A DNA stretch of 64,000 nt from contig CBDCTH010000012.1 of assembly GCA_965222155.1 (NCBI GenBank), positions 1,312,001-1,376,000 of the forward strand. The letters are read 5' to 3'. Positions 37,356 through 47,983 of this stretch are shown here, in pieces. Under the pieces are notes generated by a model. The model worked only from the letters and a program-made list of their open reading frames with translations, had not been told where the DNA came from and searched no databases. Position numbers and translations under genes: made by a program. How positions within the stretch are numbered: the first letter of the stretch is position 1; the number at the start of each line of letters is the position of its first letter. The stretch comes from Gammaproteobacteria bacterium (GTDB lineage: Bacteria > Pseudomonadota > Gammaproteobacteria > Eutrophobiales > Eutrophobiaceae).

Positions 37356-40067
37356 TCATCTCGCCATCCTTGATAATGTTTTTCTGCTTCTGATACCCAG
37401 TTTAGTGAAGATATTTTTTAAGTGAAATTTAACGGTATTTTCAGTACATCCACAGAGTCTGGCGATTTCCTTATTCGAATAACCACCACAAACATAATCC
37501 GCAATTTCCTGCTCTCTGATAGTTAATATTTTTGAGGAACGACTTTTACGTTTGTTATCTTCCCTGTCAATGATATGGATGAGGTCAATTAAAAAAGAGC
37601 GTTTCAGGCGGTTTATCGGGAACAGTTGACTGTCAGAAAGTGCCCTTTGCAATATATCCTGTTGTTCATCACTAAATTCAATGAAGGGTCGTTTAAATCC
37701 TTCAAACATCGCGAGAGAAACTGCCTCATTCAGCTTTGTTAATGCCTGTTTATATTTACCTGACTTGTAATAGGCCAGCGTTATTATATACAGTAATGAA
37801 ATCAAGCTCCGACGACTATTGTTACGTTTAGCATTATTCAGTAGAGGCTCAATGATTTCTATTGCATCATCAGGAGCGTTATTTTTTATATGGTAGTACG
37901 CCAGGGTTAAACCCGCTTCATCTACAATTCGGTGGTTTATAAATTCCTTTTCCATGTCGGTTTCCATTAATTCATGCAGGTGTAGCCTTGTAATATTCCA
38001 TTTTGCTTTAAGCAGTTTGTTCTCCTTTATCAGTAGACGGATGTAACGCATCATGGTGAACAACCTGAGGCGCCGTATGTTACGGCGCTTGCCCGTAAGG
38101 GAGGCGTTTCGTAAAATCGTTGCTGTATTATTCGTGCTTTCAAGGACTTGTGCGATGTTAGCAGCCGTCATATAGGCGGAAAGATAAACATCAAACCAAG
38201 CTTCAGATTGTTCTATTCTGGGAAAAGCAACCTTCAAGTACTCTTTGGCCTGTCCAAAATCATTTTTCTCGTAGCAAACCTCAGTCAAGTGGGCCGCAGC
38301 TATCGCAGCCATATCACTGTCTATTCCAAAATTTTCGGTCGCCAGTTGATAGCCTTCATTATAGAGTTGCTCAGCATCATGTAGTCTTCCTTGCGCCAGA
38401 CAGATTTTACCCAGGTGAAAGTACATGTAATTTTCACCATATATTGATCGTAATTCTTTAAAATGAAAGATTGAACTTTCGCCTGCACGATAGGCCTTAT
38501 CGAAACTGCTGTTGTCAAAGTATGCATAACATAGAAAATTGAATAAGATTGCTTGTAGAAAGTGGTCTTTTTTACTAACTCCTTTCAATACGGCTTCCAT
38601 CTTCGCAATATGTAGAGGTGTTTGTGGCCTGTCTTCCAGTGCAGCGAGAAAAAAATCAACGACACTGGCTTCAACAATGAAAGAGGGTGATAAAGGACTG
38701 CCATTTACAACTGTAAAATTCTGTGTGTCTTCACGGTAGAATTTATACAATTCTACCGCTTCAGACGTATTGCCGGATTTTGCTATGAGTAATAAGTAAC
38801 CCAGGTAAGTGCTGGGATAGTTGCGTAATACATCATCAGGCAGGCGTTCCAATATCTTTATCAGTGTTGAGATCCTTCCATCCAATATATAATGCCAACC
38901 ACCCGCACGTTCCGTCACTGAAGCCAGGAAGTTCGGATCACGGCTTGCTATTGCATGCCTCAAGGCCTCTGCAGTGTTATTTCTATCCAGGTACCAATTT
39001 GCCATGGAACGATGAAGCGAACTTGCATCAATCCTGCTTTCTTTTTTAAAACGATCGAGGAGGAATTCATATAACAGATGATGATATCGGTACCAGTTGC
39101 GATTCTCATCGAGCGGAATGACTAAATCACGCTGAAATAAATCATTCATTATTTTCCAGCCACCATTTGTCAGGCAAAGTGCGTTGATTACATCTCCATT
39201 CAGTTCATTAACAATAGATGTTCTTAACATTACCTCCTGAGTTGTTGCTGGCAGGTTGCTGAAAATTTCCGTCATCAGAAAAGTCGTAAAATCGCTTGAT
39301 TGATTAATAAAACTGTCGATTTGAATATCAGAATTTTTGCTGAGCCAGGTTTTCGAAAACTCTATGGCCGCCGGCCATCCTTCGGTTTTTTCGTGCAGTA
39401 ATTTGATTAATTCATCTGTGAATTCAGCCTGCCCGGATAAGTTTAGATAATCATGGGTTTCAGCTTGTGTTAACGCAAGATCATCGCTGGTTAACTCAAA
39501 GTAAGAGCCTGAAAGCTGTAAGCGGCCTTTCAATGACGTCGGAGATTCCCTGCTGGTAATCACAAAATGTGTATTTTGGAATGTTGATTCAATGATCATC
39601 TGTAGAAGTTTCTGCGAATTTTTCTCAACAAGCAGATGATGATCATCAAGCAGGAAATATACCGATGTCTCAAGTCCGGATAGACTGTTAACAATAAGGT
39701 TGAAGGCTTGATTTTCTTCCAGTCCGTGAAAACCATGAAATGCGGCGTCCAGAATTTCCCTGGATATAAGGCCGGTGTTATCAAGTGATGCAATGAAATA
39801 GGCCAGAAACTGAACCGGGTCATCTCCCGTGTTATCCAGTGTAAGCCAACCGCAGTTTATTGAACGGTTCTGTAAGCCTGCATGATACTGTGATAGCAAG
39901 GTCGTTTTGCCATAACCTGCCGGCGCATGAATAATGATCAGATGTGTATCGCTGTGTTGCGACAGTTTTGCCAGCAATGCTTCCCGATTGATTGCTGATT
40001 CTGAGTATCGAAGTGGCCGCATCCGGTTCAGGAGCAGACGTTCACCCTCAGCTTTCATGTATATCAC
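37356..40067 (-). CDS. MalT-like ATP-dependent LuxR-family regulator
   Basis: APAGYGKTT, TEGWPA, WYRYHHL, C-terminal GYSNKEIA...TVKFHLKNIF. Confidence 0.93.
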   Translation of the reverse strand: MIYMKAEGERLLLNRMRPLRYSESAINREALLAKLSQHSDTHLIIIHAPAGYGKTTLLSQYHAGLQNRSINCGWLTLDNTGDDPVQFLAYFIASLDNTGLISREILDAAFHGFHGLEENQAFNLIVNSLSGLETSVYFLLDDHHLLVEKNSQKLLQMIIESTFQNTHFVITSRESPTSLKGRLQLSGSYFELTSDDLALTQAETHDYLNLSGQAEFTDELIKLLHEKTEGWPAAIEFSKTWLSKNSDIQIDSFINQSSDFTTFLMTEIFSNLPATTQEVMLRTSIVNELNGDVINALCLTNGGWKIMNDLFQRDLVIPLDENRNWYRYHHLLYEFLLDRFKKESRIDASSLHRSMANWYLDRNNTAEALRHAIASRDPNFLASVTERAGGWHYILDGRISTLIKILERLPDDVLRNYPSTYLGYLLLIAKSGNTSEAVELYKFYREDTQNFTVVNGSPLSPSFIVEASVVDFFLAALEDRPQTPLHIAKMEAVLKGVSKKDHFLQAILFNFLCYAYFDNSSFDKAYRAGESSIFHFKELRSIYGENYMYFHLGKICLAQGRLHDAEQLYNEGYQLATENFGIDSDMAAIAAAHLTEVCYEKNDFGQAKEYLKVAFPRIEQSEAWFDVYLSAYMTAANIAQVLESTNNTATILRNASLTGKRRNIRRLRLFTMMRYIRLLIKENKLLKAKWNITRLHLHELMETDMEKEFINHRIVDEAGLTLAYYHIKNNAPDDAIEIIEPLLNNAKRNNSRRSLISLLYIITLAYYKSGKYKQALTKLNEAVSLAMFEGFKRPFIEFSDEQQDILQRALSDSQLFPINRLKRSFLIDLIHIIDREDNKRKSRSSKILTIREQEIADYVCGGYSNKEIARLCGCTENTVKFHLKNIFTKLGIRSRKTLSRMAR

Positions 40068-40158
40068 TCCCTTGCGTTATCACCACGATGCATGATACGA
40101 AAGGCAACGAGGGTGTAAAAGTAATGGAAGTAAGTTGCATAGTTCGTATCTTAACTGA

Positions 40159-40230
40159 ACCTACCCGTTTATGACAATAAACCTACTCATGTTTAATTTT
40201 ATACCTACTAGATAAACCTCTGAGTCTACT
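40159..40230. promoter_or_regulatory. Phased CTAC boxes in the divergent promoter
   Basis: ACCTAC at 40159, 40181 and 40203; GTCTAC at 40224. Confidence 0.5.
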
Positions 40231-40308
40231 CTCTTAACTAATTGATTAAATGTGACTTTTAACTAACATAGGACTCTGGTTTATTTTTTCCTGGGGGATT
40301 TTGTCATA

Positions 40309-41853
40309 GTGAGAATTGGTGTAGATGTTGGAGGGACCAACACCGATGCTGTGCTGATGGCTGATACAAAAGTGCGTGCGACGCACAAAGCACCCACCAG
40401 TGCGAACATTAGCGATGGTATTGTCAATGCCATCACTAATGTGTTGATGGTCTCACGGGTGTCAGTGCATGACATCCAGGCTGTTATGATCGGCACGACA
40501 CAATTTACCAACGCCTTTATTGAACGGCGTGACTTGTTACCGGTCGGGGTGATACGTCTTGCCTTACCGGCCACCCGTGGTTTGCCCCCCCTGATAGATT
40601 GGCCATCAGATGTCGCCGGTGTGATTGGTCAACACGCCTACCTTGTGAAAGGTGGCTATGAATTCGATGGCCGACCTATTTCCCCACTGGATGAACAAGC
40701 CGTTGCCTATGCCGCCAGAGACCTTAAACGAAAAGGGGTACGGGCGGTCGCGATCAGCGGGGTTTTTTCTCCGGTCAATTCTGACATGGAAGAGCGTGCT
40801 GCCGAAATCGTACATGATGAAATGCCGGATGCATCCATCACCTTGTCCTCACGCATCGGTCGGATCAGTTTGTTAGAACGGGAAAATGCCGCCATTATCA
40901 ACGCCAGCCTGACTGATTTGTCGTTGCAGGTGGTTGATGCATTCAGAAAGGCGCTCTCCCAATTACAGATTAACGCGCGTTTCTATATCAGTCAGAATGA
41001 TGGCACGCTGATGACGGCGGAGCATGTGGAAAAATACCCCGTCTTGACCTTTGCCTCCGGCCCCACCAACAGTATACGCGGCGCGGCGTATTTGTCTGGT
41101 GTCAAAGATGCGCTAGTGGCGGACATCGGGGGCACGACGACGGATATTGGCATGCTGGTGAAAGGTTTTCCGCGAGAATCCTCTGTTACCGTGGATATCG
41201 GCGGTGTGCGAACTAACTTTAGAATGCCGGATATCCTGGCCATAGGCCTGGGCGGCGGCAGCCTGGTGTCGAAAGGCACTCCTGTGAGTATTGGGCCGCA
41301 GTCCGTTGGTTATCAATTGACAGAGAAAGCACTGGTCTTCGGCGGGGATACGCTAACGACCACCGACATAGCGGTGGCGGCGGGTTATGCTGACATCGGC
41401 CAACCAGAGAACGTAGAGACCATATCGTCATCCCTGACTAAATCTGCCGTGGACCGCATTCATGCCATTCTGGAGGATGGCATTGATCGGATTAAAACCA
41501 GTGCTGATCCCATCCCTTTGATCCTGGTCGGTGGCGGATCAATTTTGATCAAGCGCGACATCGCTGGCACTTCTGAACTGATTGTCCCCGAACACGCTGC
41601 CGTGGCGAATGCCATCGGGGCGTCAATCGCACAGGTGGGGGGCGAAGTCGATAAGATTTATTCCTACGAGAATCTCGGTCGTGATGCCTCAATAGCAGAT
41701 GCCAGACAGCAGGCGATTGATGCGGCAGTGGAAGCAGGTGCAGATGAAAACACCGTTGAAATGATAGATTTTGAAGAAATACCTCTCTCTTATATACCAG
41801 GTAATGCTGTTCGTTTACGTGTGAAGACGGCGGGAGAGTTAGCTCTATGTTGA
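40309..41853 (+). CDS. Hydantoinase/oxoprolinase-family protein
   Basis: IGVDVGGTNTD, SGPTNS, DIGGTTTD. Confidence 0.92.
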   Translation: MRIGVDVGGTNTDAVLMADTKVRATHKAPTSANISDGIVNAITNVLMVSRVSVHDIQAVMIGTTQFTNAFIERRDLLPVGVIRLALPATRGLPPLIDWPSDVAGVIGQHAYLVKGGYEFDGRPISPLDEQAVAYAARDLKRKGVRAVAISGVFSPVNSDMEERAAEIVHDEMPDASITLSSRIGRISLLERENAAIINASLTDLSLQVVDAFRKALSQLQINARFYISQNDGTLMTAEHVEKYPVLTFASGPTNSIRGAAYLSGVKDALVADIGGTTTDIGMLVKGFPRESSVTVDIGGVRTNFRMPDILAIGLGGGSLVSKGTPVSIGPQSVGYQLTEKALVFGGDTLTTTDIAVAAGYADIGQPENVETISSSLTKSAVDRIHAILEDGIDRIKTSADPIPLILVGGGSILIKRDIAGTSELIVPEHAAVANAIGASIAQVGGEVDKIYSYENLGRDASIADARQQAIDAAVEAGADENTVEMIDFEEIPLSYIPGNAVRLRVKTAGELALC

Positions 41854-42977
41854 ATCCCCAGACACGTGCTGCAGAACGCCTGACTATCAGCATGAAAGAT
41901 CTTACCGATCTCGCCCAGGGTGCCGCATTCCTGGGAACCGGCGGTGGTGGTGACCCCTATATTGGCAGGCTCATGGCTGAGCAGGCGATACGGGAATTTG
42001 GTATGCCGGAGATCATCCAGGTCGATGAACTGGACGATGAGGCGGTAATATTTACTGCGGCCATGGTGGGTGCCCCGACTGTCATGATGGAAAAGGGGAC
42101 CGCGGGTGAGGATATCGATCTTTCCATCAAACGTCTTGCCGAGGTCATTGGCAAACAACCTTTTGCAATTTCTCCCATTGAGATAGGTGGCGTTAATTCC
42201 ATGTTACCTGTGGTGGCGGCAGCACGCCTCGGCTTGCCTTTGGTGGACTGTGACGGCATGGGACGTGCCTTCCCGGAGATACAGATGGTGACCTTTAATG
42301 TCTATGGAGTGTCCGCTACACCGGCTGTGATCGTCAATGAACATCTCGAAACCGTAATAGTAGAAACCAGCCATCCGAAACGGGCGGAGGATATTATTCG
42401 AGTGGCTGCAATCCAGATGGGCTTAAGTGTATTAATGAGTGCCTACCCGATGACTGGCAGACAAATAAAGGACTATGGCGTTAGAGGCACCTTAAGTTTG
42501 GCCCTGAATATCGGACGTGCGATCCGCGCAGGTCATGACAAAGGTGAACCAATTGAATCCTTGCTGAGTTATCTACGCAGCACCGATTACTACAATCATT
42601 GCAAGGTGCTATTTGACGGAAAAATAACGGATTTAAGACGGGAAACGATGAAAGGTTTTGCAATGGGGCATTGCGAAATCAGTCACCAGGAAGATAAAAA
42701 TAAACGTCTCCATATCCAGTTCCAGAACGAAATTCTGCTGGCACAAGAGAACGGGCGGACGTTGGCGATTGTCCCCGATCTGATCTGTGTGGTTGATCGT
42801 GAAACTGCCCAGCCCATCACCGTTGAAGCCTTGAAGTTTGGTCAACGCGTCAAGGTGATCGGCACCAGTGCTGCACCGATCATGCGTACTCCTGAGGCAC
42901 TGGCTGTGTTTGGACCGGAAAACTTTGGGATCGGGGAAGCATTTCAAAGAATCGAGGATATTCACGACGATATCTGA
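41847..42977 (+). CDS. DUF917 family protein
   Basis: LGTGGGGDP, EIGGVN, DGMGRAFPE, FQNE, VPDLI. Confidence 0.9.
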   Translation: MLNPQTRAAERLTISMKDLTDLAQGAAFLGTGGGGDPYIGRLMAEQAIREFGMPEIIQVDELDDEAVIFTAAMVGAPTVMMEKGTAGEDIDLSIKRLAEVIGKQPFAISPIEIGGVNSMLPVVAAARLGLPLVDCDGMGRAFPEIQMVTFNVYGVSATPAVIVNEHLETVIVETSHPKRAEDIIRVAAIQMGLSVLMSAYPMTGRQIKDYGVRGTLSLALNIGRAIRAGHDKGEPIESLLSYLRSTDYYNHCKVLFDGKITDLRRETMKGFAMGHCEISHQEDKNKRLHIQFQNEILLAQENGRTLAIVPDLICVVDRETAQPITVEALKFGQRVKVIGTSAAPIMRTPEALAVFGPENFGIGEAFQRIEDIHDDI

Positions 42978-43018
42978 ATGAAAACAATGCAGTTGTATTA
43001 TGAGTTGTAGGTAAATGA

Positions 43019-45241
43019 ATGAAAACTCTGGAGGGTGAGAAAATGAGGGTTAAACATATCGTAATAAGCAGTATTAAATTAATTGTGTTACTGGGAATTT
43101 TTTTGCATCCAGCCCATGCACAAGTACAACTTGAAGAAATTGTCGTTACTGCGGAAAAGCGCGAACAGTCATTGCAGGATGTTCCGGCTGCTGTGACCGC
43201 ATTCAGCGAACATTATATTAACGAAGCCAGGATCGAGAATACTACCGACCTCGTCGGTCATATTCCCGGCCTGCATCTGGCTCCATTTACCCGAATACAG
43301 GCATTGCCCGCACTGCGTGGTGCTCATTCCGGTGAAGATGGCCCGGGACTGGATCAGCCGGTAGTCATGTTTGTTGATGATGTATATAAGGGCCGTGTAA
43401 CCGATTGGGATTTGGCCCTGTTTGATCTCGAACGAATCGAAGTCTTACGCGGGCCACAGGGAACCCTGTTTGGTCGCAATGTGGTAGGGGGGATCATCAA
43501 TGTAGTGACCAAAAAGCCGACGGAAGATACGCGAATTGTTATTGAGGGTGGCTCTGGCCGCTTCGATCTGGTGGATGTTAAAGGGGTGGTCAGTGGAGCC
43601 TTGCTGGAAGATAACGGTCTGTTCGGATCACTTGCTTTCTCCAGTAAGACTCAGGACGGCTATACATATAACAAGGCTACCGGGAAACATGTTGACAGCA
43701 TTGATAAACAAAGCGCCAAGGCCCAGCTTCGGTTTGCACCGGAAGGTAACTTGGAAGTCCTCTTGCAGGCAGATTTGTTGCGCGATACGGGTTATGGTCA
43801 CCACCGTGATTATCTGGCTGCTGCACCTGCATCTGCTGAGTTTGGTGGTTTTATACCGGATAGTAGTCCGGATACAACCAATCAACCCAATGATGGCGGG
43901 GTTGACCGGACTGCCTGGGGCACATCCCTGGTAGTGGATTGGGATGCGGGCTTTGCCCAGATTAAATCCATCTCGGCGTATTATGAGGATGAAGCCACGT
44001 TGGATCCAACCGATATCTTCGGCTCACCCTTGACTGACCTGTTTGTAGAAAATCAGAACTTTGATGTGGATCAGTTTTCTCAGGAGATCCGTATCTCCGG
44101 TGATGAGGCCTTTAATGGCAGATTGAATTGGGTCGTTGGCATGTATTACCTGAATATTGAGCATTTCCGTAACCGTACATTTAGTATGGACCTCCCACTG
44201 GGTAGCTTTCTCGGAGACTTGTTTCCTGGAGCTGCTGACCCACAAAGCTTCGCTGCCATCATGAATGTGGAAACGGATAGTATTTCAGGTTTTTTTCAGG
44301 GCACCTATTCACTTACAGACAATATTCGATTAACGGCAGGTGGCCGATATACCCATGACGAAAAAGATGGAAGTCTGACCCAACAGGGTGGAGCATTCAT
44401 TTTTACGATCGGTACTGACTTTACGGTGCCTCTTTCTGCCTCTTTTTCCAAGTTTACACCCCGCGTGACACTTGAATTTGATCTGAATGAAGACATCATG
44501 TTCTATGCCACCTATTCCGAAGGGTTCAAAAGTGGCGGATTTGTACAGTTTGGAAGTGGTCAGGTTGTACCCGAGGATTTCAATGTGCCGCTCAACCCGG
44601 AGACCGTGGAAAACTATGAATTCGGTGTGCGTTCGAGCTGGTTCGATAATCGCGTGACTGCCAATATTACCGGTTACATTGCGGACTACACGGATCTGCA
44701 GGTGTCACAACTTGTCGGCACGACGTTTGTCGTCACCAATTCAGGTAAAGCCGACGCGGAAGGAGTCGATGTTGAACTTAATATGGCGATTACGGATGGC
44801 CTGACTGCCTGGTTAAACTATAACTATTTCAATGGTGAGTTTGGCGCGGGTCCTTTCACCGGTAATGAAATGGTTACACCGCCGCACGCTTTTACCATAG
44901 GCAGCGCGTACAGCTTCCAACTGGGAGACAAAGGTGACCTCAGGCTTCGATTTGACCTGCAACATAAGGACAAATACTTTCAGGATCCGGCAAACGAACC
45001 CGGGATTCAAAATGATTTGGACAGTATAGTTAATGCAAGCATTACATGGGCATTGCCGACAAACTGGGAGTTAATATTGTGGGGCAAAAACCTCACTGAT
45101 GAACGTGCATTTAACTATTTGAACGATTCCAGTCCATTTATGTTAAGTGGTGCACAATTGGGTGCAGGCCAAATTTCATATGCAGCAAACTATATTCCGC
45201 CGCTAACCTGGGGGATCAGTGCACGCTATACATTTGAATGA
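43019..45241 (+). CDS. TonB-dependent receptor
   Basis: LEEIVVTAEKRE TonB box, IEVLRGPQGTLFGRN, ends YTFE. Confidence 0.95.
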   Translation: MKTLEGEKMRVKHIVISSIKLIVLLGIFLHPAHAQVQLEEIVVTAEKREQSLQDVPAAVTAFSEHYINEARIENTTDLVGHIPGLHLAPFTRIQALPALRGAHSGEDGPGLDQPVVMFVDDVYKGRVTDWDLALFDLERIEVLRGPQGTLFGRNVVGGIINVVTKKPTEDTRIVIEGGSGRFDLVDVKGVVSGALLEDNGLFGSLAFSSKTQDGYTYNKATGKHVDSIDKQSAKAQLRFAPEGNLEVLLQADLLRDTGYGHHRDYLAAAPASAEFGGFIPDSSPDTTNQPNDGGVDRTAWGTSLVVDWDAGFAQIKSISAYYEDEATLDPTDIFGSPLTDLFVENQNFDVDQFSQEIRISGDEAFNGRLNWVVGMYYLNIEHFRNRTFSMDLPLGSFLGDLFPGAADPQSFAAIMNVETDSISGFFQGTYSLTDNIRLTAGGRYTHDEKDGSLTQQGGAFIFTIGTDFTVPLSASFSKFTPRVTLEFDLNEDIMFYATYSEGFKSGGFVQFGSGQVVPEDFNVPLNPETVENYEFGVRSSWFDNRVTANITGYIADYTDLQVSQLVGTTFVVTNSGKADAEGVDVELNMAITDGLTAWLNYNYFNGEFGAGPFTGNEMVTPPHAFTIGSAYSFQLGDKGDLRLRFDLQHKDKYFQDPANEPGIQNDLDSIVNASITWALPTNWELILWGKNLTDERAFNYLNDSSPFMLSGAQLGAGQISYAANYIPPLTWGISARYTFE

Positions 45242-46989
45242 AGGTAAAGTTATCAGTAATGGAACTGAAACACATCTGTATCGGCAAGACCCGGGAGCTG
45301 GATATACGGGGGCAAAAGGTCAGGACTGCTTTTATAAAAGAAGCTGCATCCGCTCCGGTACAAGTAAACGAACAGGGTTTGGAGGGCAATGATGTAGCTG
45401 TTCACACCGACGCTGTGTATGCCATTGCGCCTGAACATTACGATTACTGGGCAGAACAACTCGATGCAGATGTAAACGACTGGTCTCCAGGATTTTTTGC
45501 AGAAAATTTGTCCATTGCCGGACTGGATGAGTCCCGGTTTCAGGTCGGCGATATCCTGTCCGTTGGTCAGGAGGTGCGCTTGAGAGTATCCGGACCGCGC
45601 GTGCCCTGTTTCAAACTTTGCTGGCGAATGGGACAACCGGAAAGCTTTATCCGGGAATTTGCCCTGTCCGGTAAAAGCGGTGTCTATTTTAACGTGGAAC
45701 GGCCAGGGAAGATTCAGGCTGGTGATGAAGTGATCATCACCAGCAAGGCATCAAACAGTGTGGCCATCAATGATATTGTCGAATATATATTCGGGAGAAC
45801 CATCGATGAAGCCATGTTGCAGCACATCCTTGCTTTACCGGGGCTCAGTGAAACTTCTGCCTTACTGCTGCGTAATAAACTATTTCAAATTCAGGACCAG
45901 GAACGTACTTTTTCAAACCGTTGGCAGGGCTGGCGGGAATTCAAAGTAGATGAAATCATCAGGGAAACCGATGAGATAAAGTCTTTTATACTGACCTCCC
46001 AGGATGAGCAACCGTTGGCGCCCTATCGAGCAGGGCAATTCTTGACCGTACAATTACCGGATAATACTGAATCCCCGTTGATACGCGTCTGGAGTCTATC
46101 GGACTATGAGAACAAACCCGATCATTATCGGCTGAGTATCAAGAAAGAGCCTCAAGGGACGGGTTCTGTTTTTATGCATGAGCGAATTAACCCGGGCTCC
46201 AGCTTATTGATTAAACCGCCGCTGGGCCGGTTTGTGCTGGACCGCAGTGGATTCAAACCGATACTTCTCATTGCAGGCGGCATCGGGATCACACCGCTGT
46301 TGGCGATGCTCAAGGCACATATCACGCGTGGAGAAACTCGGCCGCCACTCTATTTTATCCATTGTTGTCGAAATCGGGCCGCACAGCCATTTCGTTCCGA
46401 ACTCGATCAAATCGCAATAGCACACGATATACCCATGCTCCATGTGTACGACCAGCCGACAGCGGTTGACAGGAAGGAGAGCGATTATCAGGCAGAAGGC
46501 TTTTTGAATATGGCACATATTAATGCTTTAACAGAAGGTTGCCATATCATTCATGGAGGTAAACGGATCAATATGCCTTTGGTTGAATTTGATATCTATA
46601 TGTGTGGGCCGTCGATATTTCGGGATATTCTGTATAAGGAGTTAACAAGCGCTGGCGCCAACCCTGAACGAATATTCCAGGAATCATTTTTGACCAATAG
46701 CGGCAGTCAACAGTATGGGCAAATAAATCATGCCACCGTCGTATTTTCAAAAGCACGTAAGACCGTTCAATGGACGGCAGGAGAAGATCTCACACTTCTG
46801 GAACTTGCTGAATCAGCAGGATTGTCTCCCGGTAATGCCTGTCGAATGGGTGTGTGCCAGAGTTGCAGTGTCGGACTGGAAGAAGGAACAGTCCATTATG
46901 ATTTCAGATTGACCCATCAACCTGGAGAGAATCAGGTCTTGCTCTGTAGCGCCAAACCTGCTTCCGGGCGAGTCGTATTGGCATTATGA
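45238..46989 (+). CDS. MOSC + FAD/NAD oxidoreductase + 2Fe-2S fusion
   Basis: PRVPCFK MOSC motif, RVWSLS, AGGIGITP, CRMGVCQSC...C. Confidence 0.92.
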   Translation: MKVKLSVMELKHICIGKTRELDIRGQKVRTAFIKEAASAPVQVNEQGLEGNDVAVHTDAVYAIAPEHYDYWAEQLDADVNDWSPGFFAENLSIAGLDESRFQVGDILSVGQEVRLRVSGPRVPCFKLCWRMGQPESFIREFALSGKSGVYFNVERPGKIQAGDEVIITSKASNSVAINDIVEYIFGRTIDEAMLQHILALPGLSETSALLLRNKLFQIQDQERTFSNRWQGWREFKVDEIIRETDEIKSFILTSQDEQPLAPYRAGQFLTVQLPDNTESPLIRVWSLSDYENKPDHYRLSIKKEPQGTGSVFMHERINPGSSLLIKPPLGRFVLDRSGFKPILLIAGGIGITPLLAMLKAHITRGETRPPLYFIHCCRNRAAQPFRSELDQIAIAHDIPMLHVYDQPTAVDRKESDYQAEGFLNMAHINALTEGCHIIHGGKRINMPLVEFDIYMCGPSIFRDILYKELTSAGANPERIFQESFLTNSGSQQYGQINHATVVFSKARKTVQWTAGEDLTLLELAESAGLSPGNACRMGVCQSCSVGLEEGTVHYDFRLTHQPGENQVLLCSAKPASGRVVLAL

Positions 46990-47010
46990 GATATAGCTGG
47001 TTGCGTCCAC

Positions 47011-47907
47011 ATGCCCACCAGGAATAACCAGGCAAAGACCAATCCGGTCTGGTTGAACATGAACCAGGCTGAATTGGATAAAGCCTATCAACAAAGCAAC
47101 TATGCTTCCAATCTGGAAGAAGTCATAGCCAGGTATACATCCGGTAGCGAAGCAGCGCGTCAACAATTGGGCGAGCCAAGGACCTATAAATACGGAAACA
47201 AAACTATTGAGACACTGGATGTTTTCCCGGCATCAGGAACTAAAGCGCCAATCATTATTTTCATTCACGGTGGCGCCTGGCGTCTTGGCCGTGCCGGTGA
47301 TTATGCGTTTCCTGCACCCTTATTTACCGAAGCGGGGGCACATTGGATTACTCCTGATTTCGATTCGGTTCTCGATGTAAACAGTAATCTGATGGTGCTG
47401 GCTTCTCAGGTCAGAAATGCGGTTGCCTGGGTGTATCAGAATGCAGAACTCTTTAACGGTGATAAAAGCAGAATATATGTTTGCGGTCATTCCTCCGGCG
47501 CTCATCTGGCTGCCGTGTGTATGACAACCGACTGGAAATCCGAATTTAACCTGCCGCAGGACTTTCTGAAAGGCGGTCTTTGTTGTAGCGGCATGTTTGA
47601 TTTGAAACCGGTACGGTTATCATCGCGCAGTGAATATCTGAATATTACTGATGAGATAGAACAACAGTTAAGCCCACAACGCCAGTTACATCACCTGCAT
47701 GCCCCGTTGTTGATCAGTCACGGTACCGATGAATCACCGGAATTCATTCGACAGTCTCATGATTTTGCCAAAGCGATCGATAAGCTGGGAAAACCGTTGC
47801 ACTATACGATAGGCATCGATTTGAATCACTTTGAAATACTTGAAACGCTGGCCAATAAAACAGGACTTCTGGGCAGTGCACTCTTGTCATTTATGCAGTT
47901 ACGGTAA
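47011..47907 (+). CDS. Arylformamidase-like alpha/beta hydrolase
   Basis: FIHGGAW, GHSSGAH, NHF. Confidence 0.85.
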   Translation: MPTRNNQAKTNPVWLNMNQAELDKAYQQSNYASNLEEVIARYTSGSEAARQQLGEPRTYKYGNKTIETLDVFPASGTKAPIIIFIHGGAWRLGRAGDYAFPAPLFTEAGAHWITPDFDSVLDVNSNLMVLASQVRNAVAWVYQNAELFNGDKSRIYVCGHSSGAHLAAVCMTTDWKSEFNLPQDFLKGGLCCSGMFDLKPVRLSSRSEYLNITDEIEQQLSPQRQLHHLHAPLLISHGTDESPEFIRQSHDFAKAIDKLGKPLHYTIGIDLNHFEILETLANKTGLLGSALLSFMQLR

Positions 47908-47983
47908 ATAGTTGGGGTCAGAGTTTCGGTCTTGTATGATGCTGATTTAAGAAAATTTTGCCTTCACGATTTCTCGGCATACA

